Shown here: in pieces, positions 30,075 to 40,185 of the stretch
Layout of the letters: the number at the start of each line of letters is the position of its first letter
How positions within the stretch are numbered: position 1 is the stretch's first letter
Virus record (IMG/VR): IMGVR_UViG_3300023184_003134
Span: 1 to 57,713 of that record
Length of the DNA: 57,713 nt
Source: a virus
Taxonomy: Duplodnaviria > Caudoviricetes
Reading direction: 5' to 3' (one strand)
Position numbers and translations under genes: made by a program
Notes under the pieces: generated by a model
Databases searched by the model: none
Told to the model about the DNA's origin: nothing
Seen by the model: the letters and a program-made list of their open reading frames with translations, nothing else

Positions 30075-31186
30075 TATTTGTAAATATCAAATGTACCTAT
30101 TTCAAAAATTTCGTCATTATCACTAGTAATTGATTTTACTAATAATGTATAATTTCTACCAACTGGCCAATTTTGAAAATTTAATTTTATTAAACTATTA
30201 AATTGACCTTTTATAACTTTACTATTATCTGAATATCCTATAATTGTTTCTTTTGTTAATGTATCAATCACACTATAATATGCGGTGGTTGGTAAATAAT
30301 ATTTTACTTGGTATGCAAATGTAGAATTAAATTGTTTTATTGGATATAATTCTCTTGCCTCAATTTTAAGTGTTACTTTTTGTGCTTCTTGATACGCTGT
30401 TTTCAAATTTGGTGAATAACATCTATAAGAAACATCATAACTACTACTATTAATAAAATCAGTAATTGTTGTTAAACTACCGGTAACACCTACACTATCT
30501 ACATATGATATTACTAATTTAGGTTGATATATTGTATTAGTTTCTGTTGAGAACATTTTAATACTACCATAATCAACCGAATCATTTTCTTTATCAGTTG
30601 GAAATTTAAGTATAATACCATTATTTGTTATACTACCACTATTCCATTTTCTAACAAATGCAGTTACATCTAAATTAATATCTTCTATTGTGTATTGGAA
30701 CGATTGTGAGGATACCGAAGATGTAAACCATGTTCCACCAAGGCCAGTTTGAGAACCGGTTGTAAAGGCGTTAAAACTAGCTCCTTGACCTGCTACATAT
30801 GTATTGTTCCAAATACTAGAAGTATTATCTCCATTTTTATAATACCAAGTAGCACCATTGGTTGTAATGTTATCAAAACGAGTACCAGTACCATTCTCCC
30901 AACTTTGAGAAATTGGATATGCTTCTATATTAAATCTAGCAGCAATTTCGTCTGCCTTAGTTATTTTTAATTGTAATGATGCAGTAAATGAACCACTTGG
31001 TATTGTACCATTTGCTAAACTTTTAGATATTTCGGTAGTATTAAACTGAATTAAAACTCTACTCATATCTTGTGTATCGCCATAATATACTTTTGATAAT
31101 TCCAACATTTCGTCTATACCGGTGTTTTGGTAAGGTTGTTGTAAGTATATAGTTGCATCTTGTGATGCTGTATAAAATAATATCAT
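30074..31186 (-). CDS. DNRLRE-like beta-sandwich virion protein
   Basis: DATIY, SRVLIQF, SWENG, DVT..V..W..G..NNGIILK, FSTE...PKLVISY. Confidence 0.6.
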   Translation of the reverse strand: MILFYTASQDATIYLQQPYQNTGIDEMLELSKVYYGDTQDMSRVLIQFNTTEISKSLANGTIPSGSFTASLQLKITKADEIAARFNIEAYPISQSWENGTGTRFDNITTNGATWYYKNGDNTSSIWNNTYVAGQGASFNAFTTGSQTGLGGTWFTSSVSSQSFQYTIEDINLDVTAFVRKWNSGSITNNGIILKFPTDKENDSVDYGSIKMFSTETNTIYQPKLVISYVDSVGVTGSLTTITDFINSSSYDVSYRCYSPNLKTAYQEAQKVTLKIEARELYPIKQFNSTFAYQVKYYLPTTAYYSVIDTLTKETIIGYSDNSKVIKGQFNSLIKLNFQNWPVGRNYTLLVKSITSDNDEIFEIGTFDIYK

Positions 31187-33042
31187 TATAATGCTCTCCC
31201 TTTAATATCAGTATTAGGAAACTTCAATTCAAAAATAGAAGGGTCTAATGATGGATATACAATTTTATTCTTTGTTGCTGTTTTAATATCATACTCATTT
31301 AAAGAATGTGTTTCATCACATATATTATAAATTTCTAATTTAGGAATTGTTGAAACCCCATCTACATTTGCTAATTCTAATTCTAACTCACCTAAATTAA
31401 TTGGTTGGTTAATTTTTCTATTGTAGATATTAAAATAATTTGTTATTGATTGAATACAATTTAATACAACTTCTCTTTTGTTATAATTTGAAAATGTTGT
31501 TATTTCAAAGTTTACTCCAATGTTAATAATATAACCATCTAATATATTAACTGCATCGGTAATCAATCTATAATCGTTTAAATACGTTTTAAGGTTGTTT
31601 TTAGTTGCTGTATTTAATTGGGTAAGGTTTCCATTAGCATCATATCCTAATGTGAACATATTGATTGCAAATGGGTTATTATTGGTATCTTGTTCTACAT
31701 ATACTTTAGCAATACTACCAAACGATGCATCCATTGATAACGCTCTAACCTCATAATCCTGTTTTGTTACTGCTCTATTTTGTGATGCGAAATTTGCAAT
31801 TGCATTTTCTCTAATCTCATCTAATGTTTCTAATCCTCTACCACCCGTTGCAGCAACTAAATTATCTACTGCTATTGATGCTTTTGCATTTTCATATAAA
31901 GTTGCATTAACCGATGAAAATGATAATAAATCTTCATCAAATTCTATTGAAGTAATTGTTCTTAATTCATTTGATGCTACATTGGATGAAATACCACCAC
32001 CACTTAAATATTTTATAGTAACATCTCCAACCGGTGCAATACCATAGGTAGATGTTTTTAAGAAATTAGATGGGTCAAATGATTCTTCTAATCTACTTAT
32101 TGAATTGTTTAATCCTAATCCTACATTTTTAGTATTAGGTACAATCATTTCGTTAGCTGTATCTTCACTTGCACCACCAAATCTTAATTGAATATTATCT
32201 AAATCAGTTACTCTAGTTGTAAATCTATGTGGAGTTTTTATTAACTTTAAATTATATGGTGTATCACTACTATCAGATGCCAATGTTTGGTCAAATATAG
32301 ATGCGTTTGCTTCTTTTATATAAACCATTTCTTGTGCTAAATAAGGAACTTCATAATAAGTAGTTTCATTTACTTTTACTGATTGTATTTTTATAAATTG
32401 TGAATCAGTAATGTTTATGGTTGGGTTTGCTTTAAATGAATTTATACTCGTATCTAATGTAATTGTAGTTGCACTTATTACCTTAACTTGTTTTGTTAAT
32501 AAATAGAATTCAGGGTTACCCGCGTTTTGTGTTAGTACTGATATTGTTCTATTTGTTGCATCGGTAAAATCAACCATATCCATTGTTATAAATGTAATAT
32601 CATTTGTTTTTGATTTAACTTGCATTCCTTCTTTTATCTTAACACAATAATCATAATCGGGCTCAAACCCAGCACCACCTGCTATTGTTTTGGAAGGTAC
32701 TTGTTGATATATCGTTAAAGTAGTTATGGATGGTCTACTAATTTTAGGAACATATCCAAAGTTTTGAGCGTGAGTAAGAATGTTTTTATAATTACTAGCT
32801 ACATTGATAAACGATTCTTTTAATTGAGCATCCGTATAATAAGAAAGAACATCACCTACATATGCGGCCTGTTCCATAAACATCATACCAGGAGAGGCAT
32901 CCGTAAAATCAGAATTAGTGTTTGGGAAATAAGTTTTAGTAAATTCAATTAATGCTTGTCTTAAAGAAGCAAAATCTCTATTTACATATTTAATGTCTTT
33001 TTTATTTGTAGACCAACTCTTATCTATTGGATTAAGTGCCAT
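31186..33042 (-). CDS. Baseplate wedge protein (T4 gp6/Baseplate J-like)
   Basis: RDFASLR, DVLSYYTD, GG...ET.DEIR, QNRAVTKQDY. Confidence 0.9.
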   Translation of the reverse strand: MALNPIDKSWSTNKKDIKYVNRDFASLRQALIEFTKTYFPNTNSDFTDASPGMMFMEQAAYVGDVLSYYTDAQLKESFINVASNYKNILTHAQNFGYVPKISRPSITTLTIYQQVPSKTIAGGAGFEPDYDYCVKIKEGMQVKSKTNDITFITMDMVDFTDATNRTISVLTQNAGNPEFYLLTKQVKVISATTITLDTSINSFKANPTINITDSQFIKIQSVKVNETTYYEVPYLAQEMVYIKEANASIFDQTLASDSSDTPYNLKLIKTPHRFTTRVTDLDNIQLRFGGASEDTANEMIVPNTKNVGLGLNNSISRLEESFDPSNFLKTSTYGIAPVGDVTIKYLSGGGISSNVASNELRTITSIEFDEDLLSFSSVNATLYENAKASIAVDNLVAATGGRGLETLDEIRENAIANFASQNRAVTKQDYEVRALSMDASFGSIAKVYVEQDTNNNPFAINMFTLGYDANGNLTQLNTATKNNLKTYLNDYRLITDAVNILDGYIINIGVNFEITTFSNYNKREVVLNCIQSITNYFNIYNRKINQPINLGELELELANVDGVSTIPKLEIYNICDETHSLNEYDIKTATKNKIVYPSLDPSIFELKFPNTDIKGRAL

Positions 33043-33043
33043 A

Positions 33044-33469
33044 TTATATTGTTACTGTTAATACATCAACAGTTGGTACTGCTGAAAAATTGATTGAATA
33101 TTTTAATTCTAAGTTTACTAAATGTTTATCTTTATTATCATTATTATTATCAAAAATTATTGATTCTATTGTAACATATGGTAAATAGGCTGATACCGCG
33201 TTTGTGATTGCAGTTTCTATTCCAATTTCAAAATCACCTTCCATATATGGTTCAAATATGAATTTTCTTAATGGTGTTCCAAATTTAGGATTAGCTAATC
33301 TTTCACCGGGCTCAGTTAGTATCAAATTTTTTAAGTTTGATTTAATTTGATTTTTTGTAGTATAGTTTACTGCAAAATAACCATTGTTAGCACCACCAAT
33401 AGGTAATGATACTCCAACACTTTTATCTTGTGTATCTATTACAAATGTTTTCTCTAACTGATATGCCAC
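33044..33469 (-). CDS. Baseplate gp25/GPW-like sheath initiator
   Basis: NLILTEPGER..NPKFGT.L...IFE. Confidence 0.9.
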   Translation of the reverse strand: MAYQLEKTFVIDTQDKSVGVSLPIGGANNGYFAVNYTTKNQIKSNLKNLILTEPGERLANPKFGTPLRKFIFEPYMEGDFEIGIETAITNAVSAYLPYVTIESIIFDNNNDNKDKHLVNLELKYSINFSAVPTVDVLTVTI

Positions 33470-33474
33470 CTGTG

Positions 33475-33936
33475 TTACCCCTTATTGAATTTTTTTACCA
33501 ATTGTGAATAATCTCTTGTCATCGCTTTCATAACTGATTGTGCTGCTTCTGGATTTCTTCTTGCTGCCATTGCCATCTTATGTTCTAATGGAATACCACT
33601 TTCTTCTTGTCCTTGTAAATAAGAACCATATTCAGATTGAGTTCCACCTATTGCTGCTTCGGGTTGTGAGTATTCTCTAAAATTATCTCCATATCCTAAA
33701 TCGGCAGGTGAAATCATAGGTCTTGCTGCTTGTGGTTTTTGTCCATATTGGATTGTGCCATAGCTACCATCATCTTTTGATTTAAATTCGTAACTTTCGT
33801 TCACTTGTTTCTTAGGTGTTTCAATTTGTTCATTTAACACTTCGTGAACAGCATTTCGTATTTCTTCTTTAAGAGTTTTTTTAATATCCTCTCTTAATAC
33901 TTTTACTAATGCTTTGATTAATTGTGTTTGGTCCAT
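33475..33936 (-). CDS. Hypothetical protein
   Basis: 153-aa ORF with helical N-terminus. Confidence 0.7.
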   Translation of the reverse strand: MDQTQLIKALVKVLREDIKKTLKEEIRNAVHEVLNEQIETPKKQVNESYEFKSKDDGSYGTIQYGQKPQAARPMISPADLGYGDNFREYSQPEAAIGGTQSEYGSYLQGQEESGIPLEHKMAMAARRNPEAAQSVMKAMTRDYSQLVKKFNKG

Positions 33937-33975
33937 AAAATTGTTTTTTCTATATATAATTATTGTTTTTTCTAA

Positions 33976-34728
33976 TTATGGTTTCTTATCTGTAATAAAT
34001 TCTTTTTTGATAAACCCACCATTATTATTATTATCTTTAGCAAACACCCAATCTGTATCTATTTTAGTAATTGATACTTCTATACCCGCCTCAAATGTAG
34101 TTTTTAAAGTCAATTTGGTTTCATTTGGTACTGAATATACCTTTGTACTTTTGGCTATATATTTGGCTTTTGGTTCAACTACTTTAAATCCTTGCCATTG
34201 AATCATTCCTGGTCCTGGTGTTCCTAATGGTGGATATAATGATATAGTACTACATAATCCTTGAATTGTAGCTAAATGAATTTTTGCAAATGATGTAAAT
34301 GTTTTAGCAAATATTCTAACATTTTTCATTGGTGGAATTTTTGTCTTTACCCAAATTCCAGGATTAACTACACTATTATCTGTTACACCGATATTTGTAG
34401 TAGTTCCTGGTGCGGGTATCATTGGTATAAAAAATGTTGTAAGTTTTGCACCACTCCAATATGCAACAACAGCATCTCCTAACATATTAAAATATAAATC
34501 GTAAAGTGCCGGTGTTAAAGCTGCTGCCGAAGTTAAGTTTGCAATTTGTACCATTGAATACATAAAATCTTTATTACCATTTAATATTGTGTTAAATGTA
34601 ACTACATCCACTCCACGTTTAATACATTCATCATATTTGTTTGTAAAAAATTTAGCAAAGGTATCGGGACTTTTAAATCCAATTTCCATTTGCTCTACAA
34701 TTTCATTTTCAAATTGTTTCCAAGACAT
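33976..34728 (-). CDS. Putative baseplate-tip-associated protein with C-terminal SH3-like region
   Basis: Coupled to the gp5-like gene; WVFAKD...GFIKKEFI end. Confidence 0.5.
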   Translation of the reverse strand: MSWKQFENEIVEQMEIGFKSPDTFAKFFTNKYDECIKRGVDVVTFNTILNGNKDFMYSMVQIANLTSAAALTPALYDLYFNMLGDAVVAYWSGAKLTTFFIPMIPAPGTTTNIGVTDNSVVNPGIWVKTKIPPMKNVRIFAKTFTSFAKIHLATIQGLCSTISLYPPLGTPGPGMIQWQGFKVVEPKAKYIAKSTKVYSVPNETKLTLKTTFEAGIEVSITKIDTDWVFAKDNNNNGGFIKKEFITDKKP

Positions 34729-36035
34729 TAGATTAAGTAATTATTTTTAGAAAGAGTTGATTTTAATTGTGCTTTAATAGTAGTTAATTGTGTTCTATAT
34801 TGTGGTAAAATTCCACCAGCAATACTTGGTCCCATATACGTTTGATATTGTACATTATTAATAACATCTATTAATTGTCCTAATAAATCTATTAATTTGT
34901 TACCCAATATAGCCTGTTGGTCTGCATTATCTTTACCATGAAATACTTTACCACCACTACTAACCGATAATATAACATTTTTATTATTTTTAGCATTTAT
35001 TTCAATATTTCCATTTTGAGAAATAAGTTTATACCCCTTTTCAGTATCTATCGTAACAATATCATCGGTAAAGATACTAAATGTTTTTTTACTAAATAAA
35101 AATGTTTCAGCCGTTTTTGAGGAAAGAATTACTCTACCACTATTAACAACTAATTGGTCACCTATTAATTGGTCAGATGATGGATATGTATTATTTGCTT
35201 CTTTACTAACTTTTATTGTTGCTGTAAATAATGTTTTATATTTCCCTGATGTTATTTGAATTGAAGTTCCATCTTTATTTATATCTTCACTTACTACATC
35301 ATAAACTTTTTTATTTTGATTATCCGAGTTCTCACCATTACGAATTAGAATAGCAGGATATTGTGTTCCATTTTCTTTATCATCATGTAGGTAACCACTA
35401 AAACGAATTGAATGACCAAATCTACCCTGTAAAAGAGTATCTCCTTCATTTAATTGTAATTGGTGTGTTTTTAAATTACGTTTAAAATATTTACCTGCAA
35501 ACCCATTTTTAATAGTGGTGTTTGTACCTTTATTTTGATTACTATCTGAAATACCTACTGAACTAATTTCATTTAAATTATCTACACCATTATCGCCATT
35601 ACTATCTTCATTTGATTGTTTTGTATTTATTGCAGTTAATGCAACATTTGTATTAAAATTTGGTGAATTTTCTGTTGTAATTTTTTCGTAATAAGTGTTA
35701 TCTGCTAATTTATGTAATTTAACAATTTCACCAATAACGGGTAATGATAAAAATTGTCTACTAATTGGAAAAGCATGGGGTAAATTGTCTTCATTTGTTT
35801 CTGCTCCTATTCCAATATTTCTATAATAAATGGCACCATAATACAAACCATCTTTATCTATGTAGTTGTTTTTATCTATTTCTGCATACAATTTATTTTG
35901 TTCAGGTAATTTTGGTTTAATATCTGTCATATTCAATATAACAGAATGTACAATTGCTATATCAAATAAATCTGCTCTTGAATTTGGTAGTAACGCTGGT
36001 CCTTGCTGTACCGATGTAAAATAATTTTCTGGCAT
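34728..36035 (-). CDS. Baseplate hub/central spike (gp5/gpV-like)
   Basis: LPVIGEIV OB-fold motif, EGDTLLQGRFGHSIRF, beta-strand-rich C-terminus; adjacent to gp25/gp6. Confidence 0.7.
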   Translation of the reverse strand: MPENYFTSVQQGPALLPNSRADLFDIAIVHSVILNMTDIKPKLPEQNKLYAEIDKNNYIDKDGLYYGAIYYRNIGIGAETNEDNLPHAFPISRQFLSLPVIGEIVKLHKLADNTYYEKITTENSPNFNTNVALTAINTKQSNEDSNGDNGVDNLNEISSVGISDSNQNKGTNTTIKNGFAGKYFKRNLKTHQLQLNEGDTLLQGRFGHSIRFSGYLHDDKENGTQYPAILIRNGENSDNQNKKVYDVVSEDINKDGTSIQITSGKYKTLFTATIKVSKEANNTYPSSDQLIGDQLVVNSGRVILSSKTAETFLFSKKTFSIFTDDIVTIDTEKGYKLISQNGNIEINAKNNKNVILSVSSGGKVFHGKDNADQQAILGNKLIDLLGQLIDVINNVQYQTYMGPSIAGGILPQYRTQLTTIKAQLKSTLSKNNYLI

Positions 36036-36457
36036 TACTTATTTCCTAATGTTTCTTTCAATGATTCAATTTCAAATTCTAAATCTTCAATCTTATCATC
36101 CGTATTACTTTCTATGCTCCTAGCCGTAATCTCTATTTCATTTAACAATTGTTTCTTATCATCTTCACTTAACCAACCTTCATCACCCACTTTCTTAGTG
36201 TTTGCCAATACTAACTTTTGTGCTATATTTGCAATTTTAATTAGATGGTCATCGTTGGTTATACTTGCTTCAATTAATTGTGTAATGATAGGACCGATAG
36301 TAATTACATCGGTTGGTTTTGTAACTAACTTTCTCATTTCTTCTATTAATGATGAAATGTTTTTCTTTTTGCTTTGTTGATTTTCGTAAATATCACCTAA
36401 GATATCACTAAATGTTTTTCCCTTAAATAAAGGAAAATTCATGTCTATATTTGCCAT
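36035..36457 (-). CDS. Hypothetical helical protein
   Basis: 140-aa ORF, first gene after the late motif. Confidence 0.7.
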   Translation of the reverse strand: MANIDMNFPLFKGKTFSDILGDIYENQQSKKKNISSLIEEMRKLVTKPTDVITIGPIITQLIEASITNDDHLIKIANIAQKLVLANTKKVGDEGWLSEDDKKQLLNEIEITARSIESNTDDKIEDLEFEIESLKETLGNK

Positions 36458-36468
36458 AAAGTCTTTTT

Positions 36469-36477
36469 TATAAATAT
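36469..36477 (-). promoter_or_regulatory. Putative late promoter ATATTTATA heading the baseplate operon
   Basis: Recurrent motif. Confidence 0.6.
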
Positions 36478-36492
36478 TGTATATTTAAAAAC

Positions 36493-38190
36493 TTACTTAC
36501 TAATCAAATAGTTACCCAATACTAAGTAATCCATTTCACAATCGTAAAAGGTTTTAATAGCTGTTGTAGGGTCTAATACCATTGTTTGACCTCTAAGATT
36601 GAATGAGGTATTGAGTAGGATAGGATAACCACTTAGTTTTTCAAATTTCTTAAGTAGTGTAAAAATATGTGGATTGAAAGTAGAACGAACTGTCTGAACT
36701 CTTGCGGTTTCATCGGCGTGGGTAATAGATGGTAATCCTGCAATAAATTTATCTTTAACTTTAAATACTTGATTCATATACGGAACTTCTTGTCCTAACA
36801 TCTCAAAGTATTTACTTGCATCTTCTGCCGTAACCATTGGTGCGAAAGGTCTAAATCCTTCTCTCTTTTTAATTACTCTATTTACCTTTGGTTTAATATC
36901 TTTAATTGTTGGGTTGGCTAATATAGAACGATGTCCTAATGCTCGTTGTCCAAACTCACTACCATCTTGAAACCATCCTATAATTGCACCATCATTGATT
37001 AAACCAGCTACCTTTTCTATTAATGGATTATAATTTTCAAATCTTTTTACTTTTTCTTTTGGAACTAATTTAGCAATCGCAGATATAAAATCTGCTGCCC
37101 CATATGAAGGTCCTAAAAATGGTGTTGAATTTTCTACTCTTTTTTGTGTAGGATTAGATTGATAATACACAAATAATGCACACCCAATAGCAGAACCTGC
37201 GTCAGAGGGTGCTGGTGGAACATATACGTTCTTATAAGGAGTTTCTATTGTTATCTTACCATTTGCTAATCCATTATATGCACACCCACCACTCAAACAT
37301 AAATTGTCTTGTGGGTAATGTTTATAAAAGTTATTTAACATTTGGAAAAATAATCTTTCGTAATGTGCTTGTAATGAAAATGCAATATCCATATAAGCCG
37401 GCTCTAATTCACTTTCGGGAACTCGCGGTGCTATATTAAATAGTTCTGCCAACTTAGAAGTAAACATCCCTTTTTCTGAATAATGGAATGAAAAATACTT
37501 CATATCCAATTCTAACTTATTACCATTTAGTTTAGCAATCTTTTCAAATTGTTCTCTATATAAATCGTTTTGATTACCATACGCCACTAATCCCATTACT
37601 TTGTATTCACCACTATTTGGTTTGAATCCTAAAAATGAAGTAACACTTGCATATAATAATCCTAATGAATGTGGAAAGTAATTTCTCTCCAATGGTTGTA
37701 TGTATCTACCTTTTAAACCTAATCCTAATATTGCTGTTTCGTTTTCACCCACACCATCTACGGAAAATAAATGTGCTTCGTTAAATGGTGATGTGTAGAA
37801 CGAATATGCTAAATGTGATATGTGATGTTCTACATATTCTATTGAACCTTTATATCCTAATTGTGTACGAATAATATCTTCAATGTTATTATTCTTTCTC
37901 CAAAATATAAGTTTCTTAGTTAAAAGGATTGTTTTAGGAAAATATCTAAACCACTGTTCTTTAAATCTTTCGTATTTTTTCTTAGGGTCTTCGTACCAAA
38001 CAATTTTATCTATTTGCTTAATCTTTAATTTGTTTTGTTTTAGAATCCACTTAATGGAATTGATAGGAAATCTTTGGTCGTGCTTTTCACCTGTAAATCG
38101 TTCTTCTTCTTGTGCCGATACAACTTTGCCATCTACAATCAATGCAGCTGCTGAGTCGTGGTAAAATGCTGATATCCCTAATATTCTCAT
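36493..38190 (-). CDS. Carbamoyltransferase (NodU/CmcH/TobZ family)
   Basis: MRILGISAFYHDSAA, EERF, HHISH, DGVGE, EYKVMGL, SGGCAYN, EFGQRALGHRS, KKREGFRPFAP, LNTSFN. Start placed at the ATGA overlap at 38190. Confidence 0.95.
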   Translation of the reverse strand: MRILGISAFYHDSAAALIVDGKVVSAQEEERFTGEKHDQRFPINSIKWILKQNKLKIKQIDKIVWYEDPKKKYERFKEQWFRYFPKTILLTKKLIFWRKNNNIEDIIRTQLGYKGSIEYVEHHISHLAYSFYTSPFNEAHLFSVDGVGENETAILGLGLKGRYIQPLERNYFPHSLGLLYASVTSFLGFKPNSGEYKVMGLVAYGNQNDLYREQFEKIAKLNGNKLELDMKYFSFHYSEKGMFTSKLAELFNIAPRVPESELEPAYMDIAFSLQAHYERLFFQMLNNFYKHYPQDNLCLSGGCAYNGLANGKITIETPYKNVYVPPAPSDAGSAIGCALFVYYQSNPTQKRVENSTPFLGPSYGAADFISAIAKLVPKEKVKRFENYNPLIEKVAGLINDGAIIGWFQDGSEFGQRALGHRSILANPTIKDIKPKVNRVIKKREGFRPFAPMVTAEDASKYFEMLGQEVPYMNQVFKVKDKFIAGLPSITHADETARVQTVRSTFNPHIFTLLKKFEKLSGYPILLNTSFNLRGQTMVLDPTTAIKTFYDCEMDYLVLGNYLISK

Positions 38191-38915
38191 CTTGTAATTG
38201 TTCGTTTCCAAAACGGGTCTTTTGATTCTTGTGTTATATCACCTTCATCTAAGAATTGATAGTATAACTTCATTTGGGTTTCTTTCATCTTTGAAACAAC
38301 TTTAGTTATATAATGTGTTTTATAACCTGTCATTTCTCTAACCAATAAGTATAACGATTTTTTATTAAATGATTCTATAAATTCAGCCCGTCTAAATAAT
38401 TCTAAAACAGCATCTGCAATTTGAATATCTCGTTTCTTTGTAAATTCTTTATTCAAATTTAAATCCCAAAATTGTAACATTCTATCATTAAATGTTTTAA
38501 ATTCTTCGTTATGTGATGTTTGTTTAAAATCATTTTCCAAATCCCAAGTAACCGGCATTGTACTTAATTGTGATGTTGCTTTAAATCTTTTGTAGTTAGA
38601 ATTATTATTTAGGATAAGATAATTACGAGCTGCAATTGTAAAGTAACTAAATGCTTTACCTTTACCTTCTTCAAACTTATGTATTTTTTCTAATAAAAAA
38701 GAAACTACTTCATGTTTGATATCTTCTTTATCATCATCAAAGTAAGTAAATCCCCAAGTGTTTAATACGTTTTCGGATAATTTATAAAATGAATAATGGA
38801 TGTGTTCGGTGTATAATTTATTTCTCTCTCTATTATCATCCGATTTGTTGTATGCGATAATAGCTGCTTCAGTTTGTTCGGTGAAGTATCTGGTATCTTT
38901 TTTCTTTCTACCCAT
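38187..38915 (-). CDS. Phage sigma-factor-like protein
   Basis: KIHKFEEGKGKAFSYFTIAARN resembles sigma70 region 2 and T4 gp55. Confidence 0.7.
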   Translation of the reverse strand: MGRKKKDTRYFTEQTEAAIIAYNKSDDNRERNKLYTEHIHYSFYKLSENVLNTWGFTYFDDDKEDIKHEVVSFLLEKIHKFEEGKGKAFSYFTIAARNYLILNNNSNYKRFKATSQLSTMPVTWDLENDFKQTSHNEEFKTFNDRMLQFWDLNLNKEFTKKRDIQIADAVLELFRRAEFIESFNKKSLYLLVREMTGYKTHYITKVVSKMKETQMKLYYQFLDEGDITQESKDPFWKRTITR

Positions 38916-39168
38916 TATCGCTTCCGTTTAATATTTTTTGGTTATTGGCTATAAGATTCTTTAAGTCTTGAAATGTTGAACCAACCTCATCATCACTTTC
39001 AAATGCTCCGGTTGAATCAATTTCTTTCATAGCATTTAAAATTTGAATATAAGATTCTGTGTTAGCTGCGATTGTATCTTCGTATCTTTCTAATTTATTT
39101 AAAAGATTGTATATTCCATAGCCGGCTGCGGCTAAGAATATAGTTAAAATTATTATTATAAATTCCAT
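38908..39168 (-). CDS. Small membrane-anchored protein
   Basis: N-terminal hydrophobic helix then coiled coil. Confidence 0.7.
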   Translation of the reverse strand: MEFIIIILTIFLAAAGYGIYNLLNKLERYEDTIAANTESYIQILNAMKEIDSTGAFESDDEVGSTFQDLKNLIANNQKILNGSDNG

Positions 39169-39169
39169 A

Positions 39170-39787
39170 TTATGCTACCTCCCATCCTTGTTCTAAATAA
39201 GTTGATAAATTCTTTTTCTTAACTGATAATGTTTCGTTATCTTTTTTTAGGATAAATCTTTCGTTTCTACCCATTTTAGCAAAGGTAGTTAATCTAACTG
39301 TTTCAGTATATTGTCTATCTCTAATTGTTAATCCATTCAAATGGTCAATTTCATGTTGAACACAAACCGATTCTAATAAATCTACATCACCAAATAATGC
39401 ATTAATATCTTCGTGCTTTCTTTCTTTTGTAGAAAAATCTAATACATCAGGAAAGTTATCTGCTTTTACTTTAACACCATAAGAACGTACTGTCTTAATT
39501 GGTTTTTTCATTGTTTTAGGTAAAGATAAACATCCTTCAAAATACATTATCTTTTCTTCACTTTCTTCTACGATTGTAGGATTAACTAATACTAAAGGTT
39601 GTTCTTTAACATTGATTACGCAAATTCTTTTATTTAATCCAATTTGATTTGCACTCATACCTAACCCTTGATGTTCGGTTACTGCGGTTAATAAAGCAGC
39701 TGTTGCTAAATCTTGTTCTTCTTTTGTAAATGTTGTAGTAGGAATTGGCTTTCTTAGCGCCAAGGTGTCTGTTACTATTTTTATCAT
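39170..39787 (-). CDS. def: Peptide deformylase
   Basis: GLGMSANQIG, EGCLS, QHEIDHLNG. Start moved to ATG 39787 because a promoter covers the TTG start. Confidence 0.95.
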   Translation of the reverse strand: MIKIVTDTLALRKPIPTTTFTKEEQDLATAALLTAVTEHQGLGMSANQIGLNKRICVINVKEQPLVLVNPTIVEESEEKIMYFEGCLSLPKTMKKPIKTVRSYGVKVKADNFPDVLDFSTKERKHEDINALFGDVDLLESVCVQHEIDHLNGLTIRDRQYTETVRLTTFAKMGRNERFILKKDNETLSVKKKNLSTYLEQGWEVA

Positions 39788-39805
39788 ATGTAATTGTTTA
39801 TTATT

Positions 39806-39837
39806 CAAATATACATTAAATAAGTATACTTTCCAAA
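39806..39837 (-). promoter_or_regulatory. Bacteroidota primary-sigma promoter
   Basis: TTTG-N20-TATATTTG. Confidence 0.75.
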
Positions 39838-39850
39838 TAATAATCGGAAT

Positions 39851-40174
39851 TTATAATGCAAATGATTCACCACACCCACACGTACGGGATGCGTTAGGAT
39901 TGATAAACTGAAAACCTTTACCATTCAATCCATCGGAAAAATCTAATTCAGTTCCATAAAGATATAGTAATGATTTCATATCTATTAGTATTTGTACTCC
40001 TTTATCTTCTGCTAAGGTATCACCTGTTTGTTGTTCGGTATCAAATGAAAGGTCATAGGATAATCCACTACATCCACCACCTTTAACCGCTACTCTAACA
40101 AAGGGAGTTTTGAACCCACTTTCTTCAATAAGTGAATTTAGTTTTTTTGCTGCACCTTCTGATATTGTTACCAT
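39851..40174 (-). CDS. iscA: A-type Fe-S carrier (IscA/HesB family)
   Basis: GGGCSGLSY, NPNASRTCGCGESF. Confidence 0.93.
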   Translation of the reverse strand: MVTISEGAAKKLNSLIEESGFKTPFVRVAVKGGGCSGLSYDLSFDTEQQTGDTLAEDKGVQILIDMKSLLYLYGTELDFSDGLNGKGFQFINPNASRTCGCGESFAL

Positions 40175-40185
40175 ACTAATAAATA

